Assembly (NCBI GenBank): GCA_046758505.1
Contig: JBHIAH010000003.1
Span: 1 to 64,000 of the forward strand
Direction of reading: 5' to 3'
DNA from: Candidatus Methylomirabilales bacterium
GTDB taxonomy: Bacteria; Methylomirabilota; Methylomirabilia; Methylomirabilales; CSP1-5
Length of the DNA: 64,000 nucleotides
Below, piece by piece: positions 8,530-17,779 of this stretch. Under the pieces are notes generated by a model. It worked only from the letters and a program-made list of their open reading frames with translations, did not search any database and was not told where the DNA came from. Both the position numbers and the translations under genes were made by a program. Numbering within the stretch: the first letter of the stretch is position 1; every line of letters begins with the position of its first letter.

Positions 8530-11013
8530 ATGGAGAGACGGGGCGACCGGTACCGCGTGTTGGCTATTGTGCTCGGGATTGCATCGTGCGTGGTGTTACT
8601 CCCCCCCCGGGCGCTCTCGGCCCCCGCACCCCTCCCGCCGCCCCGGCCCACCTTCGATTTGCCTGACGCGCCTTCCCGGGCTACCCCTTTCGAAGACGGG
8701 AGGACCCAACCACGCTTTTACCCCGATGAGATCGATCGTCGGGTGGGAAGGGCCATCGTCGATGCCTACCTGGGGAATCGGGAAGGCCTCCGGGCCCAGC
8801 TCGACGCCGTCCGCCGTGAGGACGAGGCGCGGCGGGAGGAAGGCAAGCCGGCGACGGGGCTCAGCACCCATCTCCGGGATCTTCTCAACAGCACCCTGAC
8901 CGACCGCGCTGCGTACCTCGCCGCGCAGGAGGCGGCCCTCGATGACGCGTCGAATCCCCATGAGGAGGCTTTGATCGCATGGCGACTGGCACAGGATGAA
9001 CTGACCCGGGCCAATGCGCTCACCCATCGAAGTGTCTTCAATCGGCTGGGGAAGGTCCTGAACCGGCTCCTCCGAGCGATGAATCTCACCGATTTTTTGG
9101 TGGATCCCCTCATGGGACCGGCGATCGACTCCACCCTGGATGTGCTCCTCCACCTGGGGGACCTGAACGGGATGAGCATCGAGGAGCGGAAAGCCTTGGT
9201 CCTGTACCAACGGTTCTTGGCCCGGTATCCCGACGACCCCGAAGCCAAGCGCGTCCAAGGGGATGTGGCCCGCCTCCTGGCCAAGAAGCGCCGGGCTCTC
9301 TTGGCTCAAGAAATCGATCGGGGCGAGAAGGCGCTCCAGGCTGGAGACCTGTGGACGGCGGAGCGCCACTTCGAAGAAGCGCTCGACCTCGATTCCGCCT
9401 CCGAGGCAGCAGGCGGGGGGATGAGGACCGTTCAGTTGCGTCGCTCGGCAAAGCGGGAACGCCGGGCCAGGGCCTTCGCGATCTCGCCACAACCGCTTCC
9501 GTTGACGGATCCCTCAGACGCACGCGTATATTACGACCTCCTTGTGGCCACGACCCGTCTTCAGCCGACACGGATGCGAGAGATGGCGAACACCCTTGCC
9601 AGCCGCCACCAAACGGATCCCCTGTGGGATACGGCCATGGACGCCCTCGCCCTGTCTTACGAACTCGAGGGCCACAAGGATAAGGCGCACCGCATTCTGG
9701 AGGATGTGGCCGACCGCGGCCGGTCACCGTCCCGGCAGGCCCGGGCTCGTCTCCTCCTGAATAGCCCCCGATACAATCAGCTCGCCGCGGTTCGGGCAGC
9801 GGAGCGGCAGCACTTCAAGAACACGGTCTCCTTCATCTTGGGAGGGACTGAAGCATTGCAGGGGACCATCCTCCACAGTCCGACTTCCCTCCTCCTCTAC
9901 GGCACCCCGGCCGGGATCCCTCTGGGCGCAGCCACCGCCGCCGGGATCGGGATTCGCGGGATCCAGGTCTTGACCGGGAACCCCATCTCCCGCAGCGCAA
10001 TCATCGAGGCCGGCGAGCGGTATCTCCGTGAACACCCGCGCCCGGACCCCCACGACCGGGAGGTCAACCGCCTGCTGGCTCAGGCCTACGAGCAGGAGGA
10101 GCGGTACGACCAGGCCATTTACCATTACCGGGAGGCCGGGGCTGATCCGGATACGATCCACGCGCTCGAAGAGCGGGCCGCCGAAACCCTCCTCGATCGC
10201 GCGGACCAGAGCCCGACCCCCCAGAAAAACCGATACCTGCTCGCCATCCTGCGGAACTACCCGGAGACCAAGGCGGCACGGAAGGCCGGACGGGAGTTCC
10301 GGGCGTTCCTCGCGCCCCAGTATCAGGGGCTCCGGCTGAGCAAGGCTTTCCTGCAAGAGCATCCGGCCCTCGTGCGGGAGGGGTTCCGGCTCAAGACGAC
10401 GCTCCTGGACGGTGACGCGGACAACGGCGAGATCGCGGCCGAGGGGGTCACGCTGCTCCGGCCAGACCGGCTGCTGATCACCTTCGAGGGGGCTGGAGGA
10501 ACCTATTCGGAGACCTACGCGGTCGATCGGGCTACCGTGGCGAAGGTGCTCCAGTTGCTGCGCCAGGGCGTGTACCAGGCCGCCCTCCAGGATGACGGCG
10601 ACACGCGCGATGATCCCGGTGGTCGGCCCGATCTCCCCGCCTTCCTCTTCCACAGTGACCCCGAAGAGGAGCGCGTGGGCCAAGAACCAGAGGTTCGCCT
10701 GAAGCGCTACGAGTTTCTCGGCGCAGAGGAGCAACTGGCCCATCCCGCCTTCCCCCTCCCGGAGATTCAGGGGAGTGCCAGTGCAAACGACCTCCGGCTG
10801 GAGGGATTCCTTCCCGTCGAACCCCTTGGCACCCGCCTGTCGGTCGGTCTCGACGAAAAGTCTCCTTTCACGGGCGCCGAGGTTCCCGCCCCGGCCCCCG
10901 TTCCCCTCAACTTTCGCCTGCAGGCCGATCCGGGTTCGCGTTCCCTGCCTTCTATCTCCCCCCAAATCCGCCTGTTCAAAGAAGAGACCAAGGATACCCC
11001 GTTGTATCAGTAA
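8530..11013 (+). CDS. Large exported TPR-containing hypothetical protein
   Basis: AGGAG RBS directly after the upstream stop; signal-like N-terminus; TPR-like motifs (YQRFLARYPDDPEA, LAQAYEQEERYDQAIYHY, LRNYPET). Confidence 0.75.
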   Translation: MERRGDRYRVLAIVLGIASCVVLLPPRALSAPAPLPPPRPTFDLPDAPSRATPFEDGRTQPRFYPDEIDRRVGRAIVDAYLGNREGLRAQLDAVRREDEARREEGKPATGLSTHLRDLLNSTLTDRAAYLAAQEAALDDASNPHEEALIAWRLAQDELTRANALTHRSVFNRLGKVLNRLLRAMNLTDFLVDPLMGPAIDSTLDVLLHLGDLNGMSIEERKALVLYQRFLARYPDDPEAKRVQGDVARLLAKKRRALLAQEIDRGEKALQAGDLWTAERHFEEALDLDSASEAAGGGMRTVQLRRSAKRERRARAFAISPQPLPLTDPSDARVYYDLLVATTRLQPTRMREMANTLASRHQTDPLWDTAMDALALSYELEGHKDKAHRILEDVADRGRSPSRQARARLLLNSPRYNQLAAVRAAERQHFKNTVSFILGGTEALQGTILHSPTSLLLYGTPAGIPLGAATAAGIGIRGIQVLTGNPISRSAIIEAGERYLREHPRPDPHDREVNRLLAQAYEQEERYDQAIYHYREAGADPDTIHALEERAAETLLDRADQSPTPQKNRYLLAILRNYPETKAARKAGREFRAFLAPQYQGLRLSKAFLQEHPALVREGFRLKTTLLDGDADNGEIAAEGVTLLRPDRLLITFEGAGGTYSETYAVDRATVAKVLQLLRQGVYQAALQDDGDTRDDPGGRPDLPAFLFHSDPEEERVGQEPEVRLKRYEFLGAEEQLAHPAFPLPEIQGSASANDLRLEGFLPVEPLGTRLSVGLDEKSPFTGAEVPAPAPVPLNFRLQADPGSRSLPSISPQIRLFKEETKDTPLYQ

Positions 11014-11098
11014 GGCGCGCCGAGGCAATCGTGCCGGGGGGAATCCGTAATCCGCTGACAGCGGACTGCTGACTGCTTTGCTTGATGCGGATGGTGGA

Positions 11099-11899
11099 TC
11101 AGGTGCCGACGCGAAGGGGGAGTGTCAGTTCCTTGAGCAGCGCGATGGCGGAAAAGGCGGCCAGCTTCCCCGTCCGGGGGTTCGTGCTGGGGACATTTTC
11201 GATCTGGGCATGGAGACGACCAAACTCTCCGACCACTTCGATCTCATGGATGTTGTGCTCCGCCGCGGGATCGGCAATGATGGTGACCCGTGTCCGCTCC
11301 GGGCCGACCCCCGTCAGGCTCAATGCCGCGGCCACATTGACATTGGCCGGAAACCCGCGGCAGGCCTCCCGGGCGGAGCCCTCGAAGACGACCCGCGCCT
11401 CAGAAAGACCGCTCAGGTCGATTCCGTGCTCTGTAAGATACGGCGCCCCCTGAAGCCCTCGGGGGGGCTTCCGCGTCCGGATGCTCGCCTGCTTGATCTC
11501 GCCGACCCGAGCCCCCTTGACCCCATCGAGCCCCGCGAGAGCACCAGAGGGGCAGTATATCCGGGCGCCGTGCTGCTCCGCCAGCGCGACCCACTCTTCC
11601 CTGCCGAGGAGGCCGCCAACGCTCAGGACCACGAGATCTTTCCCCCGCGAGAGGGTCGCAGGAACAATCTCGTCCAAGGCCGACTGACTGGCCGCCTCGA
11701 CGACCAGGTCAGCAACCTTCACGAGCTCGGCCAGCGAGAGGATCGCAGGCCGGTGCTTCAGCGCCCCTGCCAGATTCCGGGCCCGATCCGGGTTCCGATC
11801 CGCCACCGCGATCAGGTTCGCCGCAACCTTCTCCTCGTCAATGGCGGCGGCAATGGTGGAGCCGATATTCCCCGCCCCGACAATGCCCACCCGCAGCAT
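11099..11899 (-). CDS. nadX: L-aspartate dehydrogenase
   Basis: GIVGAGNIG, VEAAS, SVGGL, PSGALAGLDG, FEGSAREAC.GFPANVNVAAAL, NPRTGKLAAFS. Confidence 0.9.
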   Translation of the reverse strand: MLRVGIVGAGNIGSTIAAAIDEEKVAANLIAVADRNPDRARNLAGALKHRPAILSLAELVKVADLVVEAASQSALDEIVPATLSRGKDLVVLSVGGLLGREEWVALAEQHGARIYCPSGALAGLDGVKGARVGEIKQASIRTRKPPRGLQGAPYLTEHGIDLSGLSEARVVFEGSAREACRGFPANVNVAAALSLTGVGPERTRVTIIADPAAEHNIHEIEVVGEFGRLHAQIENVPSTNPRTGKLAAFSAIALLKELTLPLRVGT

Positions 11900-11908
11900 G
11901 GTTCCTCC

Positions 11909-13246
11909 TCATCGCCTATGGCCTCGCGCGTCTCTTGGCAGTGAATCTCCTCGGTGCGAGACGACCGTGCGGGCTCGCCGTTCACCGGGCGGCATCGGGT
12001 CCGATGATACGCTCTGATTCACCCGGTCAAAGACATGCCCCTCGTCGTCAATCGCGAGAAAGCTGCGGCTGCGGCTGTCGACCGTGACGAGGATGAAGTG
12101 TCGCGTGCTGGCCGTCTTGGCCAGGTACCAATTTTTCCGGGGTCGTCTGGGCAGTACCCCCCAGGCCCCGTCGCCGAGGTATAACACCCCTTGCGGATCG
12201 ACCCTGCCCCCCCGAATCGGGTACGTACGCTTGTAGACGTGATCGTGGTGTTCAAAGGCGACGTCGACGCCGAACCGCTCAAAGAGGGGAACCCAGTGCT
12301 GGCGGATCTTCGTGCCGACCGAGTAGGTAAAGGGCCGGTTCGACGGATAGGCCGGCACGTGATAGACCACGAAGAGGTGGGGCACATCCTGTCGCTCGGC
12401 CAGCGTCCGACGCAACCAATCCGTTTGCGCACCGCCGATGGTGTGGGTATGGTCAGAGTCCAGCACAACCACGCTTAGATAGCGGCCAAAATCCAAGACC
12501 CGGTAGCCACGCCGGCCGGGCGTGGCGAACAAGCTGTAGAAAAACGGCGCTTTGTCGGGGACTTGCCCAAACCCCCCCCGGACCTCATGGTTGCCAATCG
12601 CAACCAATACCGGGATCAGCCGTCCGTCGGGCGTGACCATGTGCCTCTTCCAGCCTGCCAGCCAACGAAACCAACGCTTCACCGATCTCGGGTTTCCGTT
12701 GGCGTAGGCGATGTCGCCGCCGATGACCGCGAACATCGGACTCTGCTTGGCCGCCTGGCGGCAGGTTTCCTGAAACCATTCGCCGAGCATGTCGAGCGGC
12801 TCCATCGTATCTCCACCCACGACGAACCGGATCGGGGTGCTGACGTCTCGGGGCATGGTGCGGAAGGTGAACGCGACCGAGTTTTTCCCGAAGCGGAACT
12901 GGTAATCGCTCCCGGGCTCCAGGTTCGTCAGTTCGGCCACGTGCACAACCCGATCGGAATGAGGCAACGCGTGGTGCGACCCAACGGCACTGTGCCATCC
13001 CATTTCGTCGACCCGCCGATACTGCACCGTGTCACCCTTTTCGGCACCGCTATGCCACTGGATCGTCATCGTGGTCGTCGGGTCGTGTTGCCAGGTGAGG
13101 TAGACCGCGGGCGGATCAAAGGACCCCCTGCCGTTGCCAGGGGCCGCCCCGGACACCCCAACCGGCACGCTGGATAGTGTCAGGCATACGATCCCTGCTA
13201 TCCCGATGCGGACTACCCTGGACGCTATCGTCCCCACGCGTGGCAT
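11909..13246 (-). CDS. Secreted purple acid phosphatase-family metallophosphoesterase with N-terminal FN3-like domain
   Basis: Signal peptide; LTNLEPGSDYQF; GD, GGDIAY, GNHE, YHVP, HHDHVY metal motifs. Confidence 0.88.
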   Translation of the reverse strand: MPRVGTIASRVVRIGIAGIVCLTLSSVPVGVSGAAPGNGRGSFDPPAVYLTWQHDPTTTMTIQWHSGAEKGDTVQYRRVDEMGWHSAVGSHHALPHSDRVVHVAELTNLEPGSDYQFRFGKNSVAFTFRTMPRDVSTPIRFVVGGDTMEPLDMLGEWFQETCRQAAKQSPMFAVIGGDIAYANGNPRSVKRWFRWLAGWKRHMVTPDGRLIPVLVAIGNHEVRGGFGQVPDKAPFFYSLFATPGRRGYRVLDFGRYLSVVVLDSDHTHTIGGAQTDWLRRTLAERQDVPHLFVVYHVPAYPSNRPFTYSVGTKIRQHWVPLFERFGVDVAFEHHDHVYKRTYPIRGGRVDPQGVLYLGDGAWGVLPRRPRKNWYLAKTASTRHFILVTVDSRSRSFLAIDDEGHVFDRVNQSVSSDPMPPGERRARTVVSHRGDSLPRDARGHRR

Positions 13247-13569
13247 GCGCCCCCTCCGACTCGCGTTCTCCCCTCAGAAAATCCTCACGTGAGCGATGGT
13301 GCGTTCATGCCCCTCTCTTCCACACTCGTTTCATTGCGAGCCCTCCCCGCTTATATTTTAGCATACGTTGCCCCTCCTACCCGAGTGACTATCTGGAAGC
13401 AAGCCATCACTGATCCGTGGCCAAAGGGGAAACGCCCGCCCACAGGCGCGCGTGCTACGCGGGCGGCACTGCATTACATATACGGGATGTGCACCGCTGT
13501 CGGGGGGTTACTGCTTTCTCTCATCTACACGCGAATTGGCGCGGGTCCCTGCATTCTGCCGTTCCGGCA

Positions 13570-14531
13570 TCACCGGTTCAGCTCAATGATGCGGCCAGGC
13601 GTCAGCCGGGCTTCTGCCTCGCCGCGGCAGGAAAACCAGCAGGCTGTGCAGCCGGTGGGTCTGAACGTGTTGGGCGTGTATTCGGTCCGATGTGCTTCGA
13701 CGGGCAATTCGGAGCAGCCCTGCAAGTAGCCCCCGGGGGTGACCTGAAACCATGCGAGCCCGGCCTGGAAGCTGGGGACCGGCTCTTTGAAGTACGCAGG
13801 GATCTTCCGTAAGTAGAAATTGGAATTCCGGATGGTCCGGTGCGTGCGCTTGAAACGCATGAGTTCTTCAACGACGCCCTCGACTCTTTTCAAATCATCC
13901 CCCACGATGGTGTGGGTCGCGTTGTTGGCCTTGCCTTCGAAGTAGCTCGAGTACGAGACGCAGACGCCCAGGCCCTGGCCCAGGCGGGCGATGGGGATAA
14001 TATCATCCAAATTGTTCCTCATCATGAAGGCATTGAAGCTGATGTTGTCAATCCCGCGAGCCTTGAGTTTGCGGATCACGGTCGTGATGTGGTGAAAGAG
14101 GCCACGGATGCCGCGAGAGATATCGTGCCGCTCGCAGGCAAAATCGAGGGAAAAGGTGATCTGGCCAACTCCTGCCTCCCGCAGCTCGACTCCTTTTCCC
14201 TCTGTTATGAGTTGGCCATGCGTGATCACTTGGGTGCAGATAAACGCATATTGTCCTTGATCCGCCTGACAATGGCGGGCAAGTCCTTTCGGAGTAAAGG
14301 CTCGCCGCCTGTGATGTTGATGTACATGGGACCGAATTTCTTGATGATGGGAAGATAGTCTGTGATCCGCGTCTCATCCATTGTTTTCCAGGAGTCGCAG
14401 CAGTCGCAGCGGGCATTGCAGCTCTTGGTGACCTCAAGATTCACGAAGAGTGTGCCGCAGAGACTCTTCTGCTTGAGAAGCTTCACGGCCCCCGCCACGG
14501 CCATGTTCGGCGTAATGTTTTTCGTAATCAT
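13570..14531 (-). pseudogene. Radical SAM protein, frameshifted near 14243
   Basis: ORF 14226-14531 carries CNARCDCC and ITGGEPLLR; ORF 13570-14229 continues with ITHG, FSLD, HDISRG and C-terminal Cys. One extra T in cgttta would join them as MRFICTQVITHG. Could be a sequencing error. Confidence 0.75.
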
Positions 14532-14578
14532 GTAATCTCCCTAACGCTGCATACGCAGCACGCGGCTTGAAAAATGGC

Positions 14579-15583
14579 TTATCCGATTCGTTCAAGAACT
14601 TCCTGATTTCGCATCACTTCTGCCTTGTCCCCAAACGTGGCAAGGCACAGCAGACCAATACCCACCCATACGAGTTCCCTGATCCTCCGGATAAGACCCA
14701 GCGCCAATCCCGCCGCGGGCCCGAGTCCCATGATCTGGAAAATCAAAACCTTGCCAGCCTCCTGCGTACCGGCCTGCCAGGGGACGAAGAATAAGGCCGC
14801 GCTGATAATTAAGGACAGAGATTCGATCACAAAAGCCGTCACCCATGAGGTCGACAGCCCTAAGAAGACGAGGATCAGAAAGATCTCCACGATGCCCTCG
14901 GCCCAGCCCACTAGGTTGAGGACAAGCGATAGCACGAAGTCTCTCCCTTGGTTTTGATACACCGATGCGATGGCCTCGTCCATCCGTTTGATTTTCTCAA
15001 GACGGGCGTGCAAGAACGGTCTGCCCACGTGCCAGGCCGCCAGGGTCCTGGAGAGCCATCCGAACATCCCACGGCGCTGACCGTAGTAAAGGACGGCCAG
15101 GCCCACCGCGATGATCACAAGCGGGAGGACAAGCGCAAGGCGGATCCCAGGGGGCAGGTCAACAGTCGCCAGCGCAAGCGAACCGCCCAGAATCATGATG
15201 AGAAGCTGAGCCAAGACGAACGAATACTTCGCCACCGTCACCGAGGCGAGACCGCTTGACCAGCTCAAGTGGGCCTTCAGCAGCCTAGCCTTCACAGGCT
15301 CCCCTCCCATACTCGCGGATGGAATCAAGTAGTTGAATGCCTCGCCGGCCAGGCGCGCCCTGAGCAGGGCACCGAAAGGAACCTTCCGCTCCGCTCTGGG
15401 AAGGTTCCAGTGCCACGCCCAGGCAAAAATCGTGTGACTGAAAGAGCGCAACGCGACGATGGCGAGGAACCCCCATCCGACCCGACGGAGCTGAAGAAGC
15501 ACATTCTCCCATCCAAGCTCCGCCAGCATGAAAAAGAAGATGGCGAAGCCGATCGCGGCAATAGTTATCTTAAACCCTTTCAT
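14579..15583 (-). CDS. Flippase-like membrane protein (LPG-synthase TM / HpnL-like family)
   Basis: RLAGEAFNYLIPSASMGGEPVKA, FFVPWQAGTQEAG, RRIRELVW; multiple TM helices. Confidence 0.85.
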   Translation of the reverse strand: MKGFKITIAAIGFAIFFFMLAELGWENVLLQLRRVGWGFLAIVALRSFSHTIFAWAWHWNLPRAERKVPFGALLRARLAGEAFNYLIPSASMGGEPVKARLLKAHLSWSSGLASVTVAKYSFVLAQLLIMILGGSLALATVDLPPGIRLALVLPLVIIAVGLAVLYYGQRRGMFGWLSRTLAAWHVGRPFLHARLEKIKRMDEAIASVYQNQGRDFVLSLVLNLVGWAEGIVEIFLILVFLGLSTSWVTAFVIESLSLIISAALFFVPWQAGTQEAGKVLIFQIMGLGPAAGLALGLIRRIRELVWVGIGLLCLATFGDKAEVMRNQEVLERIG

Positions 15584-17063
15584 AGAAAAAGGATGCTCCA
15601 TACAGGACGACGAGTCCCAGCAGATACACGCTGATCCCCACACTCACCATCCACAAAAACCAGGACAACCGCCCGACGAGGGCCAGGAGGAGAACGAGAT
15701 ACGTGTAGTCTCTTCGGGAAAGGCCGTCCAGGACCCGCGTCAAGTGTCCCAGGAGACGGGCGGGCAACCCGGATCTTGTGGCGTGCGAGTCCTGGAAAGG
15801 CGAGAACGACCGGAACGATCCGGAGAAGCCGCCGGACTGGTGGACGAGTAAGAACAAGACGCCCATGCAGGCGAGCGCGCCGCCCGCAGCGACGGCACCT
15901 AACAGCAAGGGAAGCGGCTGGCCGCTCTGGCGGCTGACGCCAAGTCCTATTCCGAAAAATCCTGCCGCGGTGACGAGGCCGTCCCCGACAACGTCGAGGA
16001 TCCCGCCCAAGCGCGATGTTTGGAACTTCAGCCGGGCGATTTCTCCGTCGCAGCCGTCCAAGGTAGATTGGGCCTGAAATAAGAGGGCGCCTCCGATCAT
16101 GGATACGGTCCCCCCCTGCGCGAAGAGCACAGCAGCGACGATCCCCACAACAAAGAGGGCACCTGTGATCTGATTCGGGGTGACAGATGTGTCGGCGAGA
16201 AATCGCGTCACCCGCAGGGAAATCGGGCGGTTCAGTCTTTTGGCGAGAAACCCGTCCTGGGGTTTGGTGAGCTTTTGAAACAGCGACTTTTCGGCAAGCC
16301 TGAGTGCGTCCGGCGTATCCACATCCAGCCAGAAATCTCCGCCGATGTCTAAGGTCCTCACCTGCCGTTGTGCGGCCAGATGACCGATGCCGTCCGAGAG
16401 GGAGCACTCGGTGTGCATTTGGCACCAGCGCAGGGCAGCAAAGAGGGCAGGAGTGCAGAGAAAGAGCCCCGTGTCGATGGCGTTGTAATCGGCCAGGTTT
16501 TTGCCGATGGCCGCGACATGGTGATCTCGGAGGAGCACCTTCGTGGCATCGTCGAGGTCGGGGACCGCGCGGATTTTCCGGTCCACCGCGAGGATCACTT
16601 CTCCGTCTGCAATCGGGGCATGGATCAAGCGCCTGACGGTTTCGTCCGAAAAGAGATGGTCGGACATGCTGAGGAGAAATGGGCCCTCCAGGTAGCCCTC
16701 TGCCGCGAGGACTGAAAGGCCATTTTGCTTCTCCCACTCTGGATTTTCCACCCACTCGATCGCCACCCCCAGATTCCTCGCCGTGATCCATTGCCGGATC
16801 TCGGGACCGCGGTAACCGATCACCACGAGGAACTCCGTTACACCGGCCTCTTTTATCGTCAAGATCGTCCGTTCGAGAAGGGACAGTCCCCCCGCTCGCA
16901 CAAGCGGTTTGGGCCAATGCTGCCTCCCCGGTTCTTGCAAGCGGCCCCCACGGCCGGCGGCGATAATGACCGCTTTCCCAACGGCGTGCGGCTTCGGCGT
17001 TCCTGTCTCGTACCCCTCGGGAACGGCGACACCCCCGAGGGGAACGCGGGATGGCTCAGTCAT
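15570..17063 (-). CDS. Bifunctional nucleotidyltransferase / CDP-alcohol phosphatidyltransferase (IPCT/DIPPS-type fusion)
   Basis: N-domain IIAAGRGGRL, PKPL, NGLS, MSDH, IDTGLF, WLDVDT; C-domain TPNQIT and LDGCDGEIARLKFQTSRLGGILDVVGD CDP-alcohol motif. Confidence 0.88.
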   Translation of the reverse strand: MTEPSRVPLGGVAVPEGYETGTPKPHAVGKAVIIAAGRGGRLQEPGRQHWPKPLVRAGGLSLLERTILTIKEAGVTEFLVVIGYRGPEIRQWITARNLGVAIEWVENPEWEKQNGLSVLAAEGYLEGPFLLSMSDHLFSDETVRRLIHAPIADGEVILAVDRKIRAVPDLDDATKVLLRDHHVAAIGKNLADYNAIDTGLFLCTPALFAALRWCQMHTECSLSDGIGHLAAQRQVRTLDIGGDFWLDVDTPDALRLAEKSLFQKLTKPQDGFLAKRLNRPISLRVTRFLADTSVTPNQITGALFVVGIVAAVLFAQGGTVSMIGGALLFQAQSTLDGCDGEIARLKFQTSRLGGILDVVGDGLVTAAGFFGIGLGVSRQSGQPLPLLLGAVAAGGALACMGVLFLLVHQSGGFSGSFRSFSPFQDSHATRSGLPARLLGHLTRVLDGLSRRDYTYLVLLLALVGRLSWFLWMVSVGISVYLLGLVVLYGASFFYERV

Positions 17064-17275
17064 AGTATTCCACGCCCAAGTGGGTAACCAGATCCTCCCC
17101 GCACAGACCCCAAAGGCTGGTTTCCAATTTCGTGCGCTGGATGAAGCGGTCGTGCTCGGGTTAGAGATCTGGGGCCCTCATCGGACTTTTGCAACCAAAG
17201 GAAAGCCCGTCCTGCACGCCGCACATGCCACTCCTCTGCGCAAGGTCCAGAAAGAGGACGAGGTCCAGGACACCT
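17056..17275 (-). pseudogene. ino1: 3' remnant of an inositol-3-phosphate synthase gene
   Basis: Translates VLDLVLFLDLAQRSGMCGVQDGLSFGCKSPMRAPDL*PEHDRFIQRTKLETSLWGLCGEDLVTHLGVEYYD*, colinear with the C-terminus of the intact Ino1 at 17780-19159; in-frame TAA at 17161-17163. Confidence 0.85.
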
Positions 17276-17779
17276 GGCATACAATCCTCCGATTCATCGC
17301 GCTCGGCCCCAACCTCACATGGCGCTGATGGCATTCTTGCTATGTTACGCTCATACCCCATGCTTTGGGCTCATAGTGTTTAACGCACATTCTCGCAAAT
17401 TATTTCAATCCCATCCAGGGAATTCGCGAGATGCGGATTCTGTCGCCCCTCTCCGTTCTTGCGGGCTTGCCGTTATCCTCCACGACGTCAATTCCCGGAT
17501 CCGGGGACAATGACACGGTGCATGTTTCCATGGTCAGGGTCCCCTTCGGCTTGTGATGAGGCGGGCGCGAAGAGAATTGGAGAAAAGAGAAGTGTTGAAC
17601 TCAAGTTTTCCAGCTTGCTTGGTAGGATGCTGAAACTTCAATTCGTTACATGGGCCGGCTCCGACCCCCCCACCCCTCGGAGCGGGGGGACCTGGCCGAG
17701 GCATCACCGCGCCGACCGGTTGGAGCACCCTATCCGCGGCCGGTCCAGATATCCCCAACGCAACGCCCGGGCGCAGGCT

